Source: Eledone cirrhosa
Lineage: Eukaryota
Assembly: GCA_964016885.1 (NCBI GenBank)
Contig: OZ024745.1
Location: 127,658,001-127,722,000, forward strand
Length of the DNA: 64,000 nucleotides
Reading direction: 5' to 3'
Under the pieces are notes generated by a model that saw only the letters and a list, made by a program, of their open reading frames with translations, had not been told where the DNA came from and did no database searches. Positions 55,095 through 64,000 of this stretch are shown here, piece by piece (the stretch's first letter is position 1; each line of letters begins with the position of its first letter). A program made the position numbers and the translations under genes.

Positions 55095-55299
55095 AACGAG
55101 TAGGACCCCGACGGCTGAGTTCAAGTCGTTTCGACGGCTAATTCTGGACTAAAATCCATTTTAGTCCAGAATTAGCCGTCGAAACGGCTTGAGCTCAGCC
55201 GTCGGGGTCCTACTCGTTCCTATTACCCACTCTACTACCCTAAGTATTGAGTACTTTGGTGCGTTATAGTCCACCTGGTTCCTTACCACATTTCCTTCG

Positions 55300-55302
<3 letters not shown>
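55091..55302 (+). mobile_element. Family C palindromic module in (TA)n
   Basis: Nearly identical to the reverse complement of 15832-16036. Confidence 0.85.
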
Positions 55303-55350
<48 letters not shown>

Positions 55351-55353
<3 letters not shown>

Positions 55354-55868
55354 TATGAAGAGAGAAGAAACATTTAGATATAATTAGTAATAAAATGTAT
55401 CATACCTAAACTGTTCCTAAATTCCTCGACTACGTAGTTTCGTGGCATAAACAAAGACAATATATCAAAGATATAGAGTCCCTGCGAGGTCTGCCGACTT
55501 ATCAAGAGGATACCTCATTTTACTAGTCTCAAGAACGCGTCTACACGACGTGAGAAAGAATCCCAAAAGGCGGAGGGGGAGATAGTCACGCGATATAACG
55601 GTCGAGAAACAGAGCTAAGCCTCTTATAACCACGAAGAAAATACCACGGAGGCGGAGGGGGTATTCATATCGAGGCCGTAGAAGAGGTAGTGAAGAAGGC
55701 GAGAAGTATGAGTAATGGAAGCTTTCCAGTTGTCCCCACACTTCAAAGATTGCTCGACCAGAGGGAGTTATTAATATATTTAGAAACACACAGATACATG
55801 CGGACACACACATATATACATGAATGCATCCGCACCCAACTGTGAGTTAAGGTGTATCTGTGTGTTTC

Positions 55869-55930
<62 letters not shown>

Positions 55931-56278
55931 ATATATATAGAGAAACACACTGATACATGCGGACACATACATACACATGAATATATCCACATATATCCCT
56001 GAGTTTGTGGTACCAACCTCAACTGATGTTGCTCTATGAATAACTGGGACAAACCAATCCGAATGGATTAGACTGATTCAGTATCAGAGCTATATAATAC
56101 ATTATGAAGAGAGAAGAAACATTAGATATAATTAGTAATAAGATATATCATACCTAAACTGCTTCTATAGTCCCCGACTACGTAGTTTCGTGGCATATTA
56201 TGCAAAAACACTACATCATAGAGATATAGAGTTTTTGTGAGGTCTGCCGACTTTCTTCTCTCTTCATAATGTATTATA
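55351..56278 (-). mobile_element. Family I repeat: two diverged copies (55351 to about 55770; 56095-56278 with short terminal inversion)
   Basis: CATTATGAAGAGAGAAGAAAC...CTACGTAGTTTCGTGGCAT...GAGGTCTGCCGACTT occurs twice. 56252-56278 is an inverted copy of the terminus. Confidence 0.7.
55423..55510 (-). ncRNA. Type I hammerhead with U3:A8 core covariation and long stem II
   Basis: Minus strand: TCCTC-TTGATAA-GTcGGCA(...)TGCCAC-GAAA-CTACGTAG-TC-GAGGA. Perfect stem I, GUC triplet. Confidence 0.8.
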
Positions 56279-56381
56279 TATATATATTCTCAAAATCGTT
56301 TCCAGACCTACTACTTTTCAAGCTGCTGCTACCACTACCACTACCACTACTACTACCACTACCACTACTACTACTACTACT

Positions 56382-56461
<80 letters not shown>

Positions 56462-56465
56462 CACC

Positions 56466-56520
<55 letters not shown>

Positions 56521-57134
56521 TTACTACTACTACCACTACTGCTACCACCACCACCACCATCACCACCACCACCATATATATATATACATACACAGTATAC
56601 GAAGGTCACCGAATTTTCTTCAGTGATCTCCAGCCACTACTCACTCAATGAGGTAATAAGCTTGCGAGTGAGAAAATGCAATCTATCATTCAGAATGTAC
56701 ACATTAGTGAGTAAGATGGTAGTGCTTTGGTAATGATACATCAGTATCAGATTTCTGGATGGATCTCGTATCTGTGCAGCTTTCTGTATAACAGTTATTA
56801 AGAATGTTATATGCAGAGTATTGCCTAATATCAGAAGATATTATGCAATTGGAGATGCACGCGTCTTCAGCAGGATGCCTATCCCAACATTTAGGTATTG
56901 TGAACACATCTACACAGACTGCTATACTAATGGAATCTAGCAGTTCAATTCTATTGTGGCCTCTAAAAATGGGAAGATCACTGTTGAAAAAAACCATGTT
57001 TTGGTGGGTTGACTTCATGGCGTTAGTTGATACAAGCAATTGACCATCTATTGTGTAATCAGGCGGAAGCACTTGACGTCGTGTGTGCCACAAGGTATTA
57101 CGTATATGGTATCAGACGGAATATCAATATCAAT

Positions 57135-57445
57135 AAAAGGGAGAGTGACGGTATCACATATTCAACATCAATTTATTTCATTACATCACCCCATTATGCA
57201 CATTTCAAAGACATCAAACAGTCGTTATTAAACAGTTATTCATTCAATGCCTCTTCATTGGCAGATTATCAAAAACAAAAACAAAGCAAAAGAAAACAAA
57301 TAGACATTGTTTTTATTTACATTTGACCTCTCTGATGACAATGCCTTAAATAACAATCTTTTGGTGCCTTTAAAATGTGCATAACGGGTGATGTGATGAA
57401 ATAAACTGATGTTGAATACGTGATACCGACTCTCTTCCTTTACGT
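57135..57445. mobile_element. Old inverted module with a decayed hammerhead (57327-57388, +)
   Basis: About 57140-57220 is inverted at about 57360-57440. CTGATGA...(G/A)AAA-TGTGCA-TA resembles family G. Confidence 0.45.
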
Positions 57446-58835
57446 ATTAAATATATATATATATGTGTGTGTGTGTGTTTATATATGTGTGTGTGTGTAT
57501 AGACATATATGGATATTCGTATATAAATTTACTATGCATATTAATTTTAAACAAGCATTTAGATATATTCATCTTCAACTATTTGGTTAAACAGAAATTA
57601 AAAGGCCGTTCTTTAGGTATAGATTGTTCAGTATGATTAGTATGGCGAACAACAAAAACATGGATTACACATTGAACAATTTAAAAAATATCAACGTATC
57701 ACTCATTGATGATCACAGTTATCTAGTTCATTTATATAATAAACATTCTCTGCTAATAGGAATGATACATTAAATAGAAAACCAAAATTTACAAAAGATA
57801 TCGCATGACATTTTAAGCAATGAAATTTTGACACATTTGATAACCAATTCGGAGTTGATCGTTGCATATATTTAAATGTATCATGTAAATAGTTTTTGAT
57901 GTATTCATTTGTTAAGATTTTCATAATTGTTATCAGTTCTAGGTGCTGACGAATTAATTATAAATTTCCTCAATATGATTCTGATTTATTTGTATTAGCC
58001 AACTTGCACTGAAGAATTACAGAAATGTTTAACATAGTTTAAATTGATATTGATACTGTTTCTGTACTAACGTCACATAATCATATTATATTTTATAAAG
58101 TCAGAGATGATGTGTAGGTTATTTAAATACTGGCACGAACTAACTTTTTAAAATGTATATATACTTAGCTTCGGCTGCCCTCTCTCCAGTACCAACACCT
58201 TCAGTTGTTCTTCAAATTTGTTGTCTGTAATTATCTGTTATAATTGACTATCACCCTCTATTTGGTTTCCTTTCTAAATTAATTACGTACACGGGAAATT
58301 GCAGTGCGTGTAACCGTTGTGAGGTCTCCCCAGCTGGTGAGTTGATATAATTGGTGTTTAGATATATTGATCGAAATTAAATTTACAGGAAAGAAAATGA
58401 GGACAAAGGGAAGGATTGGGCAAGGAATTTAGTGCCCAATCTAGGAATAAATGTGAGAGTAATTTGAAGTTTTGTAGTTTAAAATGTTAACCCCGACATA
58501 GCTGTATACATACAAGTATGTGAATTTCGTATATCTAATGATATACGGTATGTTTAATGAATAAACATTTGGAAAGTCTATTTATGAATATTGAAAGGCT
58601 GACAACTAGCACCGTCTAGCGGATTCAAGCAGAAGCAGCGGGGGACAACTGCCTATGCACATTTCAGGTTCTGGCCATCATCAGGAGAGTGTTTTCCCTC
58701 CTATGTAGTATGTTAATACAGAGGAAGAGAATTCAATTCAGTAGCTATAGAAGAAGCAGATGGAAAAGACACAATGTCATTGACCCTGTGGCATTCGTGA
58801 GATATATTAATCATTTGAATGGCGTTCATTTAGAT

Positions 58836-59160
58836 CAGATGTTCTCAAAGTGGGAGCTACCGCCACCGGGAGGCGTTGAGATGATCTAGGGGCCCCTAGG
58901 GCGGTGGTCGTAGAGATGATATAATAGTATATTAAATATCAATTGAGACATATGTATAAATATAGTAAAATAAAAAATATATATTTATTCATACATAGTA
59001 AATATTATATTATTTATTATATATAAATTAACAAATTTATTTATTATATATGATATACAATTTGCATATCGACAAGATCTCTCTGGAGATAGGGTTGGGG
59101 GCGCTGAGGGTATTACGGGCCGTGAGGGTGGCGGTGGCCCCAAAAGTTTGACAACCCTTG
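58836..59160. mobile_element. hAT (Charlie/Buster-type) MITE
   Basis: Ends CAGATGTTCTCAAAGT / AGTTTGACAACCCTTG. 8-bp TSD ATTTAGAT / ATTTAGAC. Confidence 0.75.
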
Positions 59161-59488
59161 ATTTAGACGCTATCAATGATAACTTGTGAATGGCATGAAT
59201 TGCATAGGAAGGAATACTAGAAACCTGATCGAGTATTATGAGATCCAGGTTGTGTAAGTAATTGGCATGAACCAGACACATTACACAAACTGGTCTCCAG
59301 TGCATCTCTTTTACCATCCTTCTCCATTCTGTCCACCGGGGTTGTGGGGCGGCCATCACGTGGGACCCCATTTGCTCATAATAGGGACAGATGGGGAGGG
59401 CGAGCGAGATGGAGGCGATGACAGTGGGGTTTCGGCTCCTCTGTGTTCGGACTTCGTGTACGTGTTTGTGCATACTTACTGTCTTATC

Positions 59489-59726
59489 CAAGCATGTCAA
59501 ACTGAGGGTTCCCCGAGGGCCACATGGGTCACATATGTGTTGTCTGAGGACCACATGGGTCCCATATGTGTTGTCTGGGGTCCACACATGGCAACTAATT
59601 GCCCACATTACAACTAATATTTTTTTATTTTATATTACGCTCGCGCTGTAAAAACTTTTGTGAGGGCCGCGGGTGTGCTTGTGAAGGGCCACATGTGGCC
59701 CACGGGCCGCATGTTTGACATGCCTG
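59489..59726. mobile_element. hAT (Charlie-like) MITE
   Basis: TIRs CAAGCATGTCAAAC / GTTTGACATGCCTG, 8-bp TSD GTCTTATC / ATCTTATC, repeated GGCCACATG subterminal motifs. Confidence 0.8.
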
Positions 59727-60069
59727 ATCTTATCAATATATTTTCTATATCAGGTTACACGATTTCTTACTGTATGTGAAGCAACTTCGTTGACAGGGAG
59801 GAATTATTCAAGTCGAATTTATAAATTTATTAATTTTACGATACGTGTACAAAGTACTTATTGCTGTAAATATTAAGGCAAACATATCGCTGGATGTACA
59901 CAATGATCTGTATTTTGTAAACTTTAAAGATGCGGCTTAAAGTTACCCATTCAAATTTATGATTGATATGTTTACTACGTACATTAAGATTCTTTTTTGG
60001 CAACGAAAAGTAAATATGTAGATCGAACGTATACCTTTAACAATGTATGTATGTATGTAAGTATGTATG

Positions 60070-60627
60070 TTCTTCTGGTTTTATAATTTCACAAATTTTT
60101 CCCAATAGAGAGAGAGAGTCGGTTTCTAACATAGACACAAGATTCTCGGTATGTTATCTCTTTCTCTTAATTTCGAGTATATTTTTTTTGACCGGGAAGG
60201 TGGCAAGGTTGTAAAAGAAAAGAAATTGTCATCCCTTGAATCGCAAGAATGTTTTGCAAATTTTGAAGGTGCCAGCTATCGCAGCCTTTTGTAGCCTATG
60301 AATTAGGGAGCTGCGCTTTTTGTCCGCAAATCCAAGTTCAGTCATACTTTGGTCCAAGCGGGTTGGTATATAACCCGTAGCTCCAATAATGATGGGTATG
60401 AAGCTAAAGGTGTATCTTGGATACTGGATTTGCAAACTCCTCATCAATGGTCTGTAGATGTCCTCCTTCTCCTGTATTTTTCTGACAACGTTTACACCAA
60501 GTGGGCAGCTGATCTCCACAACAGAACACGTTTTCAATGTGTGGTCCCAAACTACAATATCAGGCCGGTTGTGCTTTAATTTGGTGGCAGTTTTTATTTA
60601 CAGGTTCCACCAGTATTCCTTAGTGCC

Positions 60628-60630
<3 letters not shown>
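60070..60630 (-). mobile_element. 5'-truncated R4/Dong-like LINE (restriction-like endonuclease domain plus 3' UTR) in (TATG)n
   Basis: Minus strand KHNRPDIVVWD...VVEISCP..N...EKEDIY..L...IPIIIGATG...LQKAAIAGTFKICKTFL*. (TATG)n on both sides. Confidence 0.85.
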
Positions 60631-60658
<28 letters not shown>

Positions 60659-60835
60659 TGTATGTATGTATGTATGTATGTATGTATGTATGTATGTATG
60701 TATGTATGTATGTGTGTATGTATGATTTTATGGGTGTGTATGTATGTATATATATGTATGTATCTAGGTATGCATGTATGTATGTATGTGTTATGTGTAT
60801 GTATGTTTTATGTATTTTATGTTTTTTACTGTTCC

Positions 60836-60866
<31 letters not shown>

Positions 60867-61332
60867 TGTATGTATGTATGTATGTTTTTATGTGTGTATG
60901 TATATATATATGTATGTATGTGTGTATGTATGTATGCATGTATGTATGCTTTTATGTGTGTATGTGTATGTTTGTATGTGTGTATGTATATATGTATGTA
61001 TGTATGGTTTTATGTGTGTATGTATGTATGTGTGTATGTATGTATGCATGCATGTATGTATGCTTTTATGTGTGTATGTGTAAGTTTGTATGTGTGTATG
61101 TGTATATGTATGGTTTTATGTGTGTATGTATGTATGTATATTTGTATGTATGTATGTGTGTATGTATGTATGTATGTATGCTTTTATGCGTGTATGTGTG
61201 TATGTATGTATGTGTGTATGTATATATGTATGTATGGTTTTATGTGTGTACGTATGTATGTATATATGTATTTATGTATGTATGTATGTATTTATGTATG
61301 TATGTATGCTTTTATGTGTCTAAGTATGTATG

Positions 61333-61366
<34 letters not shown>

Positions 61367-61590
61367 TGTATGTATGCATGTATGTATGCTTGTATGTGTG
61401 TATGTATTGTATTATGTATGTTTTTATGTATGTATGTATGTACGTTTCTATTTTTGTGTTTGTTTAATGTTTGTATGTTTGTATAATGTTTGTATTATCT
61501 ATGTTTGTTAATGTTTGTATTATGTATGTATGTTTGTATTATCTATTTTATTATGTATGTTTGCATTTATTTATGTATGTGTTTGTGTAT
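60631..61590. repeat. Degenerate (TATG)n tract, about 1 kb
   Basis: Direct reading. Confidence 0.9.
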
Positions 61591-62160
61591 GTGTCTATAA
61601 TTGTGGATTTTATTTATATTATAAACGCATTTGTAAAGCAAACATGATTTTACTATATATTACTTCAGGGTATTTATCATTGGAATTTTTTTAACATTTC
61701 TCTTTATAAAACGCTGTATATATATATATATATATATATATAACATTCTCTATTTATGAGGATTTGTCTAATATTATTTACTTCCATGCTTAAAACATTT
61801 GTTCTTCAGTGTATACCAGAAATTATGATTAATAGCTATGGTTGTGTTAGTATGCATAGAGCAGAGAGCTACTGAGAAATATTGTATTATGCAGAAACAC
61901 ATATATCAATTAATTGCAAGTTTTTATTATCATTTTGGGAGACAAATTGCAGGAAATATCTTCAGACTAATTCTCACCTCACCAACAGTACATTTGTCGA
62001 TGTAGTGATGAAAGAATAACTTAGTAAATTCAAAAAATGTACAATTTACACTGTCAAAAATGAATAAAGTAAAACATAATATGAAAGAAAGTATTACTTT
62101 CAACTCTCCGTAGACCACGTTATAGAAATTATTTCTTTCTATTAGCGATACTTATCTTCA

Positions 62161-62260
62161 CTAGCAGAAAAACCAACTTTCGGGTGGTTTTTCTGCTAGC
62201 ATGTGTAGTGTGTATCTACATGCATATATACTTGCATTCATTTAAAAATCGATTGACATA
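62161..62260 (-). mobile_element. Helitron-like 3' end (same family as 2746)
   Basis: A|CTAGCAGAAAAACCAACTTTCGGGTGGTTTTTCTGCTAGCATGTGTAGTGTG matches 2745-2798. Confidence 0.55.
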
Positions 62261-62440
62261 TATTTATATATAAAATAAACATATCAAACAATCCCAGGTC
62301 ATAATTTGTAAAGAGTGTAAATACACATAGTTAAGGAGGTAATAAATTAAAAATTAAACGAGAACTTCAAATATAGATACCTTACAATACAGAGAGTTGG
62401 CGCATGTTTCTTAGACATGACATCCTTAATATAATTTTGG

Positions 62441-62499
<59 letters not shown>

Positions 62500-62957
62500 T
62501 TTACTGGTGGATAAAATGTACTGCTGGATAGAAAAAGCACAGTTCATTGGACGAAGTGTGACACATTGCACACAATATATTTCCTCGTTTTAAGCACTTT
62601 TTAAATAAGTAAACAAAAAAAGACCATCTAAAAAAAAAAAAAATGCTGTCATTGCATGACTTGCATGTGAAAGGATAATAAAGAATAAAAGTATATATAC
62701 AAACAAGACAGCAACAAAAACGTTTTTATTGAGTTCTGGCGATATTTCTTTCGTTTTTATATTTATGTTCGTCTTCCCAGTATGTTTTTATCCTTTACAA
62801 ATGAGGCTCAATTATGTCTAGCAGATGTGATATCCCACTTGAATGGTGAGGTCTGTTTATTTAGCAATATCAAGTGTAGAGTCAGACTTAGTCAATGAGC
62901 CAAGGAATTTAGTTTTGGTTCGTGGTGCTTAGTGCAACACATTTCTCACTAAGCGTT

Positions 62958-63025
<68 letters not shown>

Positions 63026-63145
63026 ACATATATATGTATATATATGTATATATTTGAACATAAATATATATACAATATATATATATATATATGTACAATA
63101 TATACATATATATACATATATATGTGTGTGTATACATACACACAC

Positions 63146-63219
<74 letters not shown>

Positions 63220-63256
63220 GTATACTTGTGTTTGTGTATCTCTCACATTTTCTAAA

Positions 63257-63441
63257 TAATTGTTTCTACTTTTGGCACAAGGCCAGCAATTATCCAGTGC
63301 ATTACTGGTACTTTATTTTATCGACCCCGTAAGGATGAATGGCAAAGTCAACCTCGGCGGGATTTGAACTCACATCGTAAAGGGACGTAACTATGCTGGA
63401 AAGCATGGCGTCCGACCCTCTACCGATACTGCCAATCCACA
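63257..63441 (-). mobile_element. tRNA-derived SINE, near full length
   Basis: Reverse complement of the 1571-1764 family. Confidence 0.9.
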
Positions 63442-64000
63442 TGATTAAATCATTTTAATCTTCTGACGCATGTTTCTACAAAAAAAACAAAACAAATAGA
63501 AATGAAATTTACTAAAGCTTCATTTTTTATACGTAGACCTATTTATATATCACATGCTGAACTTTGAGACACTTTCTAACCTTTAGAGAAAATAGATAAA
63601 GATGACTCTAATATCGATATGAATCTGGAGCCAAACATTTGTGAAATGTATTGTAACGATCGATATCTATTAAAAGCAATTTAAAGTAAAATTTAACATG
63701 TACACTTTGTTATAGCATCGATAGTTCACCTCTAGTAATTAACAAAATTACTGAATGGCGGACAACATAGGCCACGTACCGTTCCTCTCCGACTAAAAAC
63801 TTTCCGCCTCGGATGGATGCGAAATCCGAAATATAAGGACAATTAAATCTCTTCCAAGGTAACTCTATCTCGTGTTATTATTTTTGCACTCTTTCCTACG
63901 TTCCTCTACACACTATACGTCTCATTCTACATTTTCATCTTACATCTCTCTCTTCACCACCGCATTCTGTTACCCGGAGATTTACCCATCTGCATTGTTG

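Noticed and set aside
56704-57093. 129-aa non-repetitive ORF as a possible host exon
   Set aside because: No recognisable host domain. YTIDGQLL...VFFNSDL..H weakly resembles the post-RT region of CR1/L2-type LINEs, so it is more likely a decayed retroelement; too weak to annotate.

Overview
AT-rich, microsatellite-saturated animal DNA, most likely intronic or intergenic. The SINE types suggest an octopus or other coleoid cephalopod (inference). No host protein-coding exon can be supported, and nearly all ORFs in the track are read-throughs of (TA)n, (CA)n, (TATG)n or (CAT)n tracts. Real coding remnants all belong to transposons: a Penelope-like element (PLE) with a GIY-YIG endonuclease, a Tx1/L1 3' end, an R4/Dong restriction-like endonuclease, RTE reverse transcriptase fragments and an internally deleted mariner. 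The window also holds tRNA-derived SINEs, hAT MITEs, Helitron ends and an intron-bearing tRNA-Tyr pseudogene. The main hidden signal is at the RNA level: roughly 20 type I hammerhead ribozyme (HHR) motifs from about a dozen apparently unrelated sequence families, found by eye. Most lie in short inverted-duplicated modules inserted in (TA)n tracts, read here as PLE pseudo-LTRs. The best candidate for a new system is a 466-bp, 2.9-copy head-to-tail array at 17462-18818 in which every unit carries an identical intact hammerhead within a highly base-paired unit, i.e. a retrozyme-like, circRNA-capable element. All folds and family assignments were made by eye without searches.
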